NCBI GenBank assembly: GCA_028707815.1
Contig: JAQWAE010000012.1
Coordinates: 2,047 to 66,046, forward strand
Length of the DNA: 64,000 nucleotides
From: Bacteroidales bacterium
Lineage (GTDB): Bacteria; Bacteroidota; Bacteroidia; Bacteroidales; BM520
Reading direction: 5' to 3'
The notes beneath the pieces are model-generated. The model was not told where the DNA came from. It ran no database searches and saw only the letters and a list, made by a program, of their open reading frames with translations. This document shows, piece after piece, positions 1-10,111 of this stretch (position 1 is its first letter; the number at the start of each line of letters is the position of its first letter). Both the position numbers and the translations under genes were made by a program.

Positions 1-1317
1 CTGCCTGAAACAGCTGCCGATGAAGAAGCAGAACGGCTGTTTGCAAATTTTTTGGATAAAGCTCATAAGAGAAATATCAAAATAATCTTTGACATCGCAC
101 TAAACCACTGCTCTAACGAAAATCAATGGTTCGTAAAATCCAAAGATGATAAATCAAGTCCGTATCGCAATTATTTTATCTGGAACAAAGACGATAAAAA
201 ATATTCACAAGCACGACTGATTTTCAAAGGTATGTGTCCAAGCAACTGGGAAAAATATAATGACGAATATTATTTCCACAGATTCTTTGAATTTCAACCG
301 GATTTTAACTACAAAAACCCTGATGTTTTATTACAAATGGTCAGGATAATTCTATATTGGTTGAAATTAGGTATTGACGGTTTCCGCGCAGATGCAATTC
401 CATATCTTTGGAAAGAAGACAATACAAATTGTGAAAATCTTGAAGGTACTCATACCATTTTAAAATTTATAAAAGCAGTTTTAGACTACGTCAAACCAAA
501 TACGCTACTACTTGCCGAAGCTTGTCAGCCACCGAAAGAAGTCGTAAAATATTTTGGTAAAGCTGATGAATGTAACGCCGGCTATCATTTCCCGCTTATG
601 CCGATGATATATAAAGCTATCGCCATGCAAAGCCGAATGCCGATAATCAATATTCTCGATAAAAACACAACTCCCGAAATAAGTACTGACAGTCAGTGGT
701 TTATGTTTCTAAGATGCCATGACGAATTAAGCCTTGAACTTGTTTATGTCAGCGAGGAAGACAGAAAATACATTCACGATAACTATTGTCACAAACCTGA
801 ATGGGATTTTAGATTGGGCGAAGGTATATCTGCACGACTAAGCGAACTCATGCAATTTGATTATGAAAAAGAACTGTTAGCTTATTCTGTCATGCTTACC
901 CTACCCGGAACTCCTATTATTTATTATGGTGATGAGTTTGGGAAAGCTAATGACTATGATTATTACAAAGAACAAGTCAAATTTACAGGTAAAGATGATA
1001 CCCGATTTTTGGTTCGCGGAAAAATCGACTGGAAAAACACAGAACAACAACTCTCTAATTCTAAATCATTTAATAACAAGTTGTTCAATGGATTAAAAGA
1101 AATGTTGAACAGAAGAAATCAACTTGACGTTTTTGGAACGGGTACAATAGAATGGGTAAACACAAACAATAATGCAATATTATCATATTACAGAACATCT
1201 AACGGGCGTAAGGTGTTGATAATAAACAACTTATCAGATAAAGAGCAAAATATTGACATTGAAAATGTTGGCAACATATCTTTAAGCAGATACGCATTTC
1301 AATGGATTATTATTTAG
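1..1317 (+). CDS. treS: GH13 trehalose synthase/alpha-amylase family protein (5' partial, frame open from base 1)
   Basis: GH13 catalytic motifs GFRADAIPYL, LLAEACQ, FLRCHDELSLE; YFHRFFEFQPDFNY and PIIYYGDE are TreS-like. Confidence 0.75.
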   Translation: MPETAADEEAERLFANFLDKAHKRNIKIIFDIALNHCSNENQWFVKSKDDKSSPYRNYFIWNKDDKKYSQARLIFKGMCPSNWEKYNDEYYFHRFFEFQPDFNYKNPDVLLQMVRIILYWLKLGIDGFRADAIPYLWKEDNTNCENLEGTHTILKFIKAVLDYVKPNTLLLAEACQPPKEVVKYFGKADECNAGYHFPLMPMIYKAIAMQSRMPIINILDKNTTPEISTDSQWFMFLRCHDELSLELVYVSEEDRKYIHDNYCHKPEWDFRLGEGISARLSELMQFDYEKELLAYSVMLTLPGTPIIYYGDEFGKANDYDYYKEQVKFTGKDDTRFLVRGKIDWKNTEQQLSNSKSFNNKLFNGLKEMLNRRNQLDVFGTGTIEWVNTNNNAILSYYRTSNGRKVLIINNLSDKEQNIDIENVGNISLSRYAFQWIII

Positions 1318-1332
1318 CGATAAATAATTTTA

Positions 1333-3555
1333 ATGAGGAAGTCATCAATTATATCAACAATTATCATTTTCACGCTGCTGATAATGTCGTGGACTAAATG
1401 TGCCGGACAGGAAACTGAAGTTCGTCCGCGTATAGGCTTGGTTTTGTCCGGCGGCGGCGCAAGAGGTATCGCTCACATCGGAGTTTTGCAGGTACTCGAA
1501 GAAAAAGGTATCCCCATCGATTATATTGGTGGTACTTCTATGGGCTGTTTAATTGGCAGTTTATACGCCGCAGGCTACTCTGCCGACAACATTGCAGAAA
1601 TTATAGCGGCAGAAAGTTTTCGTGATTTACTGAAAGACAACCTTCCACGCAATTATGTAACTTATGAAGAACGACATGATTTCGGCAACTATCTGCTCGG
1701 CGTTTCTTTTGATAAAAAATACAGACCCGATATTCCCATAGGTGTTGTTAAAGGACAAAATTTGATGATGGGCTTGAATTATTATCTGTGGAATGTTCTG
1801 GATTGCTCTGATTTTAGAAATTTGCCTACGCCATTTTTTTGTGTCGCAGCAAACATATCCAAAGGCAGAGACACCATAATAGAAAGCGGCGACCTGCCAA
1901 TGGCTGTGCGTGCTTCGATATCTGTTCCCGGAGTCTTCGCACCGGTTATAATAAACAACGACGTAATTATTGATGGCGGCTTTTATAATAATTTTCCTAC
2001 AAAAGAAATGAAAAGTAAAAATGTAGACCTAATCATCGGCGTAAATGTAGGCTACAAAAACATGGAAACAGAAAATATAAAATCTGTTTTTAATATGGCA
2101 GGACAACTATTGTGGATAAACAATATTGAAGCAAATATTGAAGCTCAAAAATTATGTGACGTTTTAATTGAACCAAAAGTCATGGACGAATATAGTGGAA
2201 GCTCTTTCAATAAAATAGCCGACATAATTCGGTTAGGCAGAGAAGCCGCTTTAGAACATGAAAAACAATTAGACTCCATTGCAGATTATTTTAAGTATAT
2301 GGGAGTAAATCCGAAAATCAGACAAATGCCAATCAATAAAAAAATTGCCATAGATTCTATCCGGATTAATGGACTGAAAAACACTTCAAAAGAATATTTT
2401 GAGGGTAATATGATGATTGCAGCAAACGACAGTGTTCTTCCTAAAGAAGTCAATGACGGAATAAAAAGAGCTTATGGCACATTAAACTATGAATCAATAT
2501 TTTATAAAATAAATAAAACAGATAAAGCTACAATATTAGCAATAGATTTAAAAGAAAAAGAACCTGTTTATATGCAATTTGGAGCCGGCTATAATGCACA
2601 TTCAATGTTGTTTATGAAGTTCAAGGCAACAGTGCGTAATCCTTTATTCAAATCATCAAAATTAAGTGTTGATGCTTTAATAAGCAAAGACCCTGAGCTG
2701 AGTCTGAGTTATGCGTATTTTCTAAACAAAAGATTATTTCAAAAGAAAGTCAACATATTTCCCACAATAGGATTAAACTTATCTGCAACATCTATACATA
2801 CTTACAGTTACAACGACATCGGGCGAAGAACAGCCGAAAGAATTGTGACAGAAGAGATAATAGGAGCATTTTTTAGAATGTATCACACGAACAACAACGT
2901 AGGAATAAATGTTTTTCAGCAGCGTTCATGGATACGTCCTTTAGGACGCAACATGATAGATTTTTTATCTCCTGATGAAATGATGTATAATATTAATCTT
3001 AATTGGGGACGAGATAATTTAGATGACTCGAATTACCCTACATGCGGGAGTAAATTATTTATCAATGAAGAACTTAGCATACCGCTTTATAAATATAACA
3101 TGTCCACTAATTTAAGTACTTTCGGCTATTTTACAAGCGTTTTTGATTTAGGGCGTAACGTATATTTCAGCCCTTCTGTTTATGTTGGTTTAAACAGTTC
3201 CGATACGCTTTTTTACTCCCAACAAATTTTTGTTGGTGGCAGTCAAACTTATAACTACCTGAGAACCATTCCATTTGCCGGTTACGAATTTAGTGAAATA
3301 CGCACAAACAATGCAGTGACAATACAAGCAAATTTTAGATGGCATGTTGCAAAAAATCACCATTTGTTGTTTAAATCAAATTTCGGAATTACCGCCGAGA
3401 GTTTAATATATTATAATGATTATAAATATGTAAGCGGTGTCGGTGTCGGTTATAGTTTCAACAGCTTTATAGGTCCGTTAGAAATAATAGTATCGAATGC
3501 TTTATTTGACAGATTTCGTCCTAAAATATGGATAAACATAGGGTATCAATTTTAA
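1333..3555 (+). CDS. Patatin-like phospholipase with POTRA and C-terminal outer-membrane beta-barrel (PlpD/type Vd-like)
   Basis: Signal peptide; LSGGGARG oxyanion motif, GTSMG nucleophile, DGG; ends in the barrel signature INIGYQF. Confidence 0.85.
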   Translation: MRKSSIISTIIIFTLLIMSWTKCAGQETEVRPRIGLVLSGGGARGIAHIGVLQVLEEKGIPIDYIGGTSMGCLIGSLYAAGYSADNIAEIIAAESFRDLLKDNLPRNYVTYEERHDFGNYLLGVSFDKKYRPDIPIGVVKGQNLMMGLNYYLWNVLDCSDFRNLPTPFFCVAANISKGRDTIIESGDLPMAVRASISVPGVFAPVIINNDVIIDGGFYNNFPTKEMKSKNVDLIIGVNVGYKNMETENIKSVFNMAGQLLWINNIEANIEAQKLCDVLIEPKVMDEYSGSSFNKIADIIRLGREAALEHEKQLDSIADYFKYMGVNPKIRQMPINKKIAIDSIRINGLKNTSKEYFEGNMMIAANDSVLPKEVNDGIKRAYGTLNYESIFYKINKTDKATILAIDLKEKEPVYMQFGAGYNAHSMLFMKFKATVRNPLFKSSKLSVDALISKDPELSLSYAYFLNKRLFQKKVNIFPTIGLNLSATSIHTYSYNDIGRRTAERIVTEEIIGAFFRMYHTNNNVGINVFQQRSWIRPLGRNMIDFLSPDEMMYNINLNWGRDNLDDSNYPTCGSKLFINEELSIPLYKYNMSTNLSTFGYFTSVFDLGRNVYFSPSVYVGLNSSDTLFYSQQIFVGGSQTYNYLRTIPFAGYEFSEIRTNNAVTIQANFRWHVAKNHHLLFKSNFGITAESLIYYNDYKYVSGVGVGYSFNSFIGPLEIIVSNALFDRFRPKIWINIGYQF

Positions 3556-3630
3556 TTATATCCACAATATTATTAATTGCAAAACGTTAATTTAATTAAA
3601 ATATATATTAGATAATATTTTGTGTAAAGT

Positions 3631-5919
3631 ATGAAAAAATTTATAGGGTTATTCTTATTCTTCTTGTTTTTATGTTTTGGCAGTTACAGTCAGTCTGTCG
3701 GGCTTGTACTTAGCGGCGGCGGTGCCAAGGGTATGGCTCATATTGGGGTTATCAAAGCATTGGAAGAAAACAACATTCCTATAGATTATGTTGCCGGAAC
3801 ATCAGCAGGGGCAATAGTTGCAGCACTTTATGCCTCCGGCTACAGCGTTGAAGAGATGACATATATTTTTACAAGCGGAGCCATGGATTCATATTTAGCT
3901 TCTACGCCGGACAGAAATAAAGGCTACCTTTACAAAGAAAATAGACAAAATTCTAAACTTTATACCTTCAAAATAAATGTAGACTCTTCATTAATCCATA
4001 CAAAATTTTTACCTACATACATAATCGCACCACACTCACTCGACTACGGCTTCATGGAATTTTTTGCTCAGGCAAATACAGTTTGTGACGGCAACTTCGA
4101 CAACTTGATGGTGCCTTTCCGCTGTGTAGCTTCTTCAATTAATGATAATGACGAATACGTCATGAGAAAAGGTGATTTGAGTACAGCGGTAAGAGCTTCC
4201 ATGACATTCCCTTTCTTCTTCAATCCAATCTATATGGACGAAAAAGTGCTGATGGACGGTGGAATGTACAACAATTTTCCTGTTAATGTGATGCAGGAAG
4301 ATTTTAATCCGGATATTATCATTGGTTGTTCGGTCGCTTCAAATTACGCTGAACCCCAAGAAGATAACATTATCTCTGTATTGCAAAATATCTTTATGAC
4401 CGATACGGATTTTTCGATGCCCGAAAACGGTGTTTTGATTAAGCCAAATGTTATTGGAATAGTAAGTTTATTGGATTTCAGCAAAACACCTGAACTAATA
4501 GACAGCGGTTATTACGCTTGCACACGGCAGATGGAATTAATCAAAACAAAAGTAACAAGGCAGGAAAGTCAGGAAGAACTAAGAGCAAAGAGAGAGAGCT
4601 TCAATCAAAAGAAAAAACCGTTGTTTTTTAAAGACATTTATGCACTGAATGTTACAAAATCACAATTCCAATATATAGACAAATTGATGACCGGAAATAA
4701 ATATTTTGTTTCTTCGAAAGAATTACACGAAAAATACGACATTTTAGTTTCAGACGACAAGATTATATCTGCCTTCCCTACCGCAACATATAATAAAGCC
4801 ACGAGTTTTTACGACATGAAACTCAATATAAAAAAAGATTATAATCTTGAAGCCGAAATTGGTGGTAATCTTGCATGGGACAACAGTGGACAACTTTACG
4901 TAAATGGCAGATATAAATATTTTGGCAGATTTGCATTGGATGCCAATTTAGGCGGATATCTCGGAAGATTTTATAAGTCTGTCAGCATAAACGGCAAAAT
5001 AGATTATCCCGGAAAACAGTTGTTTTATGGTATCATAGATGCAACTATAAATCAAAAAAAATATTTTGCAACATCAACTAACTTTTATTCTGATGTGTCT
5101 CCATCATATTTAATTCAAAATGAGCGACATATCCTTGTTCAAACCGGCATGTCCACAGCCAAAAGGTCGGTGGCTTATCTGAAATTTGCAGTATTTAAAA
5201 ACACCGATATTTTTTACAACACAAATTATTTTTCAGTCAACGACACGGCAGATTATACAATTTTTAATGGGTTGACAGCAGGAATAAACTATACTAAAAA
5301 TACGTTTAACAAATATATTTATCCAGACGCGGGTTATTTACTAAAATTGGATGTTGATTTTGTTCACGGCAAAGAAAAATACTATCCGGGAACTACATCT
5401 CTTAATTCCAATTATTTGGAACAAAAACATAATTGGTTCAGAGTATCAGCAATATATCAACATTATTTTCTTTCAATAAAATACTATTCTATAGGATTAT
5501 CCGGCAATTTTGTCTTTTCAAATCAAAAGCCGTGGTCAAATTATATGTCTTCTTTGCTTCATGCAAACAGTTTTGAGCCGTTTCAGAACTGCATAACGAG
5601 ATTTTTGCCGGAATATAGAGCATACAGCTATTCGGCTTTAGGTCTCAAATCAATGATAAAATTACCATATAATTTTTTAATAACTATGGAAGGATATGCT
5701 TTTGCGCCCATCAACGAATTATACGAGACTGAAAATCAGCATGTTGCAACCGAAAAGATGTTTAAAAACGTTTATTATTTAGGTTCTTTGGGCTTAGTAT
5801 TCAATAATATTCTGATTCCGGTAAGTTTAAATTTTAATTTATACGATAATAAAGAAACTCCATTTACAATTTCATGCAGCATAGGATATATGTTTTTCAA
5901 CAGATATGCTTTAGAATAA
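3631..5919 (+). CDS. Second patatin-like phospholipase with C-terminal beta-barrel
   Basis: Signal peptide; LSGGGAKG, GTSAG, DGGMYNNFP; aromatic alternating beta-strand C-terminal half ending SIGYMFF... Confidence 0.85.
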   Translation: MKKFIGLFLFFLFLCFGSYSQSVGLVLSGGGAKGMAHIGVIKALEENNIPIDYVAGTSAGAIVAALYASGYSVEEMTYIFTSGAMDSYLASTPDRNKGYLYKENRQNSKLYTFKINVDSSLIHTKFLPTYIIAPHSLDYGFMEFFAQANTVCDGNFDNLMVPFRCVASSINDNDEYVMRKGDLSTAVRASMTFPFFFNPIYMDEKVLMDGGMYNNFPVNVMQEDFNPDIIIGCSVASNYAEPQEDNIISVLQNIFMTDTDFSMPENGVLIKPNVIGIVSLLDFSKTPELIDSGYYACTRQMELIKTKVTRQESQEELRAKRESFNQKKKPLFFKDIYALNVTKSQFQYIDKLMTGNKYFVSSKELHEKYDILVSDDKIISAFPTATYNKATSFYDMKLNIKKDYNLEAEIGGNLAWDNSGQLYVNGRYKYFGRFALDANLGGYLGRFYKSVSINGKIDYPGKQLFYGIIDATINQKKYFATSTNFYSDVSPSYLIQNERHILVQTGMSTAKRSVAYLKFAVFKNTDIFYNTNYFSVNDTADYTIFNGLTAGINYTKNTFNKYIYPDAGYLLKLDVDFVHGKEKYYPGTTSLNSNYLEQKHNWFRVSAIYQHYFLSIKYYSIGLSGNFVFSNQKPWSNYMSSLLHANSFEPFQNCITRFLPEYRAYSYSALGLKSMIKLPYNFLITMEGYAFAPINELYETENQHVATEKMFKNVYYLGSLGLVFNNILIPVSLNFNLYDNKETPFTISCSIGYMFFNRYALE

Positions 5920-5967
5920 TTTTTTTATTTTTTTCCATAAAAAACATTCTTATATAGAAAAAAGTAT

Positions 5968-5975
5968 TACCTTTG
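5968..5975 (+). promoter_or_regulatory. Bacteroidota -7 promoter element for the T9SS cargo gene
   Basis: TACCTTTG matches TAnnTTTG, 70 bp upstream of the ATG. Confidence 0.5.
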
Positions 5976-6045
5976 AAGATTGAAAGATTTTATATAAAAA
6001 CTGTATAACTTAATTATTATTAATAACTTTTTAAATCTACTTAAC

Positions 6046-8685
6046 ATGAAAAAATTATTACTTTCGATTGTTTGTGCATTTGTTATATTTAGCTTATCCG
6101 CACAAATCACTGAAAATTTTTCCGATTACACGGTAGGCGGAAAAATCGCATCTCAAGCTCAAGCAATGGGCAGAGATTATTGGACAACATGGTCAAACAA
6201 CCCCGGTAGCTCGGAAGACGGTAGTGTTGCCGAATTTGAAGGCGACAAAGTTGCTTCTTTAGTTGCGAATAATGACCAAGTACTCCTTTTCGGCACACAA
6301 ACAGCCGGCGTTTATGACATCGTATTTAACATGTATGTTCCTTCCGGAAAAGTCGGTTACTTCAATGTACTTTCTTCTTTTGCCGGTTCTTCAAGTTCAT
6401 GGGCAATGCAAGTTTATGTAAATGCTCTCAATGACGGACAGAACACCACTTATTCACCGGGTCAAGGTACACTTCACGCTGCAGGAGCTGCTGCTGCAAC
6501 TTTCTCATGCGGACAAGAAATCTGGATCGAATTTAAAGTTAATGTCGACTTAGACAATGACTTAGGCACATTCTACGTAAATGGTACTCAAATTCATCAA
6601 TGGCAATGGTCATTAGGTTCATTCGGTGATGATAACATGAGACAACTTGATGCTATGAACATCTATTGCGATGCTGCTGCCAACATGGAGTTTTATGCCG
6701 ACAACTTCGCTTTCACACCTCAGACAGGTTCACAAGTACTTTTTGAGACCTCTTTTGATGATGTGGCTAACGGCGCTCATGTAGCTGTATCATATCCTGA
6801 TTGGTTTACAACATGGTCAAACGCTCCGGGTGGTGCCGAAGATGGTTATATCTCTAACGAACAGTCTTCTTCTAATCCACAATCAGCAAAATTTACATAC
6901 GGTAACGACCAAGTTTTATTACTCGGCAACCAAACTTCAGGTGCTTACACAGTGTCTTTCGAAGTATTTGTTCCAACAGGTAAAGACGGATATTTCAACA
7001 TCTTACACTCATTTGCAGGAAGTTCCAGCGAATGGGGTATCGAAGTTTATCTTAATCATTCCAGCAATGGTACTGTCATTAAATCAGATGGCGCTGATTA
7101 TCCTTTTACAATTCCTATGAATCAATGGTTCCCTGTTGTTTTTGATATCGACTTGGATAACGACTATGCTACTGCAACTATCAATGGTACAGAAGTTTGT
7201 TCATGGGCATTCAGCACTCAGGCTTCCGGCGGTGCCGGTATAAGACAACTTGGTGCTATGGACTTCTTCCCTCCATCAAGTGCTTCCGTTTCTCAATATT
7301 ATATTGATAATCTTGTATTTGCTTCAGCAGGTGGTACCAGTGCACCTAACTTGTCTGTTTCAGCTACTTCATTTACCAAAACTCTCGCTTCCGGCGATGC
7401 CGAAAATGATGCACTCGTAATCACAAACAGTGGTAACAGTATAGGCGACTATGTTGCTTGGGTTACTTATGATGATGCTTATGGTAAAAAAGACGGCGCA
7501 AAAGGAACTTATACTTTAGCTTACAGCTCTGATGAAAACGCAGGTGCTATCGGTTATACCACAGGAACTCCTTTAATTGAGTACGGTGCTAAATTTACCG
7601 GCAACTTCTATGGCGATTTTATGGGAACAGAATTAACTAAAGTTTCATTCTTCGCTTATGCAGCTCCTACAGGCAACACCGCTAAAATCCGTGTCTATGG
7701 TCAAGGGTCTTTCGCTGTTCCGGGTGAAGTTTTGGCAGAAGTAACAACAAACAGTATCATCTTAAATTATTGGAATGAAGTAACATTACCGGAAGCTATC
7801 TTACTCGACGGTCAAGATTATTGGGTAACTGTTGAAATGACTCAACCTGAAGGTGCTTATCTTATGGCTTATGATGATGGCACTGCTGTTACCAACAGCA
7901 ACTGGGCACGTACTAACAGCGGCGCTTGGGGCGAAACCACAGTAGTCGGCGGCAACAATATCGGATGCTGGATGATTAAAGCTATCAGCGAAGGTACTCC
8001 TATCGCAGGCTCATGGTTAACAATCACCAACGATGCTTATGGCTCTATCATGGGCGGCGAAAATGCAACTCTCAACCTCTTATTTAACGCTCAAGGTCTT
8101 TCAAACGGTCAATATACTGCTGTACTTCACATACAAACCAATGATGAAAATAATCCTTTCTTCGAAATTCCTTGTACTCTCAACGTAGGTGCTGCTTGTG
8201 ATGCACCGGTAATCACAGCCGAATCTTCTACTTATGAAGGTGAACCCGTTGTATTGGTAGAATGGCAAGCTGTAACAGGAGCCGGTAGCTACAATGTATA
8301 TTATGGCAACACCTTACTTGGTAATACAGTTGAAACATCTATTGCTGTTACCGGAGTGGAAATTGGTACAGAATACTGCTTCACAGTTACTTCCGTCTGC
8401 GAAGGAACAGAATCCGCTCATTCTAATGAAGGTTGTGCTTTAGTAGGTATCGAAGAAACAGAATCTTATTTCAATATGTATCCTAACCCAACTGAAGGTA
8501 ACGCAACTATCACTTCCAACGAAATTATGGATAAAGTTGTAGTTTACAACAGCATCGGTCAAATGGTTCGCAACATGAACGTTAATAGCACAGAATGCAT
8601 TATCTCCGACCTCAACTCAGGTATGTATTTCATTAAAGTTCAATCAGGTGAAACAGTTAAAACTCTCAAATTAGTTGTTAAATAA
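6046..8685 (+). CDS. Secreted T9SS type-A CTD cargo protein: two repeated beta-sandwich domains, Ig-like and FN3 domains
   Basis: Signal peptide ending SLSA|Q; internal duplication; C-terminal CTD YPNP...VYNSIGQMV...GMYFIKV...KLVVK. Confidence 0.85.
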   Translation: MKKLLLSIVCAFVIFSLSAQITENFSDYTVGGKIASQAQAMGRDYWTTWSNNPGSSEDGSVAEFEGDKVASLVANNDQVLLFGTQTAGVYDIVFNMYVPSGKVGYFNVLSSFAGSSSSWAMQVYVNALNDGQNTTYSPGQGTLHAAGAAAATFSCGQEIWIEFKVNVDLDNDLGTFYVNGTQIHQWQWSLGSFGDDNMRQLDAMNIYCDAAANMEFYADNFAFTPQTGSQVLFETSFDDVANGAHVAVSYPDWFTTWSNAPGGAEDGYISNEQSSSNPQSAKFTYGNDQVLLLGNQTSGAYTVSFEVFVPTGKDGYFNILHSFAGSSSEWGIEVYLNHSSNGTVIKSDGADYPFTIPMNQWFPVVFDIDLDNDYATATINGTEVCSWAFSTQASGGAGIRQLGAMDFFPPSSASVSQYYIDNLVFASAGGTSAPNLSVSATSFTKTLASGDAENDALVITNSGNSIGDYVAWVTYDDAYGKKDGAKGTYTLAYSSDENAGAIGYTTGTPLIEYGAKFTGNFYGDFMGTELTKVSFFAYAAPTGNTAKIRVYGQGSFAVPGEVLAEVTTNSIILNYWNEVTLPEAILLDGQDYWVTVEMTQPEGAYLMAYDDGTAVTNSNWARTNSGAWGETTVVGGNNIGCWMIKAISEGTPIAGSWLTITNDAYGSIMGGENATLNLLFNAQGLSNGQYTAVLHIQTNDENNPFFEIPCTLNVGAACDAPVITAESSTYEGEPVVLVEWQAVTGAGSYNVYYGNTLLGNTVETSIAVTGVEIGTEYCFTVTSVCEGTESAHSNEGCALVGIEETESYFNMYPNPTEGNATITSNEIMDKVVVYNSIGQMVRNMNVNSTECIISDLNSGMYFIKVQSGETVKTLKLVVK

Positions 8686-8705
8686 AAAAACTGATTTATG
8701 TTTAT

Positions 8706-8744
8706 AAAAAAAGCTGCCGTTTTTATTTATCGGCAGCTTTTTTT
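8706..8744 (+). terminator. Intrinsic terminator
   Basis: aaaaaaagctgccg-loop-cggcagcttttttt. Confidence 0.8.
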
Positions 8745-8772
8745 ATCTTTGTATTTATCATAATTTTCATCT

Positions 8773-9702
8773 ATGAAATTAAATAAACAACAGCTGTCGA
8801 CTATTATAAGATACCTGCTATCAGCAACTTTTGTAATGTCTTCTTTGTTGAAATTTATATCTCTGAACCATTTTGACCTGTTCATATATGAACATAATAT
8901 CCTGTCGCTATCCTTGTCTCAATTAAGCTCCCGATTGTTAATATGCCTCGAATTTTCTATAGGATTGCTCTTCTTGCTGAATATTTATACTAAATATACC
9001 AAAATTGCTGCAATAAGTATATTATCCCTATTTACAATCTATCTTATCGGGCTTCCCTATTGGTTTAATATCAACATATCCAATTGTCACTGTTTTGGCG
9101 AAATATTTTCAATAAACCGCAATTGGTCTATAATGAAAAATATTTTATTAATACTTGCTACAGTTTGTATTATAAACAGTTATAGCCATAAAGCTCTGAA
9201 ATTAAAGACCATAATCTTTGCATCTTTATCAATAATATATCTTATAATAATATTTATAATCAGCCCGACCGATACCTTATATAATATGGTATATTCAAAA
9301 AATAAAATATTGATAGACGAACAGGCTTTTCATAGTGCTGATAACGACAATTATATAAAGTTGGCAGAGAATGATAAGGCTATAATTTGTTTTTATACGA
9401 CACAATGTTCCGTTTGCAAAAAATCTGCCGAGAAAATAGCTTTAATTGCTAAAAACAATAACATCAAACATGATGACATTCAGATAATATTCGCCGGACA
9501 CGACAGTATTGGAGCAAATAATTTTTATATAGAGACAAAGATTCCGGAATATAAAACATATTTCATAGATACACAATCATTTAATAAAATAACCAAAGGT
9601 TATGCGCCGGTAATCGTTCTTTATGACGGCGGACAAATCGTCAATAACTTTTCTTATCAAAATATTAACGACAAACAAATATCTTTATTTATTAATAATT
9701 AA
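8773..9702 (+). CDS. MauE/DoxX-family membrane protein fused to a thioredoxin-like domain
   Basis: About five TM helices with CHCFG motif; C-terminal [11 protein letters not shown] (CxxC) and cis-Pro-like YAPV. Confidence 0.65.
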   Translation: MKLNKQQLSTIIRYLLSATFVMSSLLKFISLNHFDLFIYEHNILSLSLSQLSSRLLICLEFSIGLLFLLNIYTKYTKIAAISILSLFTIYLIGLPYWFNINISNCHCFGEIFSINRNWSIMKNILLILATVCIINSYSHKALKLKTIIFASLSIIYLIIIFIISPTDTLYNMVYSKNKILIDEQAFHSADNDNYIKLAENDKAIICFYTTQCSVCKKSAEKIALIAKNNNIKHDDIQIIFAGHDSIGANNFYIETKIPEYKTYFIDTQSFNKITKGYAPVIVLYDGGQIVNNFSYQNINDKQISLFINN

Positions 9703-9713
9703 TTTTTCAAACT

Positions 9714-10058
9714 ATGGGTAAAACATTAGAAGAATTTAAACAATTTGCTCTTAAAGGTAATGTCATTGACATGGCAGTTGGTGTAATTATAGGAGCTGCA
9801 TTTGGTAAAATAGTAACATCATTGGTTAATGATATTATTATGCCATTGTTAGGTGTATTAATTGGTGGTGTAAACTTCTCCGAATTGAGATGGACATTGC
9901 GTGAAGCCACCGAAACTGCTACCGCTGTAACTGTCAACTATGGCAACTTTATCCAAGTTGCTATAGACTTTTTATTGGTAGCACTTACATTGTTCTTTGT
10001 AATTAAGGCTTTCACCAAATTATCGAATATACGTAGTAAAAAAGAAGAAACCAAATAA
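9714..10058 (+). CDS. mscL: Large-conductance mechanosensitive channel
   Basis: [38 protein letters not shown] signature. Confidence 0.95.
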   Translation: MGKTLEEFKQFALKGNVIDMAVGVIIGAAFGKIVTSLVNDIIMPLLGVLIGGVNFSELRWTLREATETATAVTVNYGNFIQVAIDFLLVALTLFFVIKAFTKLSNIRSKKEETK

Positions 10059-10064
10059 AATGTG

Positions 10065-10104
10065 ATATTTGTGGAGCTAAGGTATACCTTAGCTCCACAA
10101 ATAT
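10065..10104. repeat. Perfect 40-bp palindrome between convergent mscL and lplA (probable bidirectional terminator)
   Basis: atatttgtggagctaaggta|taccttagctccacaaatat, no spacer. Confidence 0.75.
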
Positions 10105-10111
10105 ATAAAAA

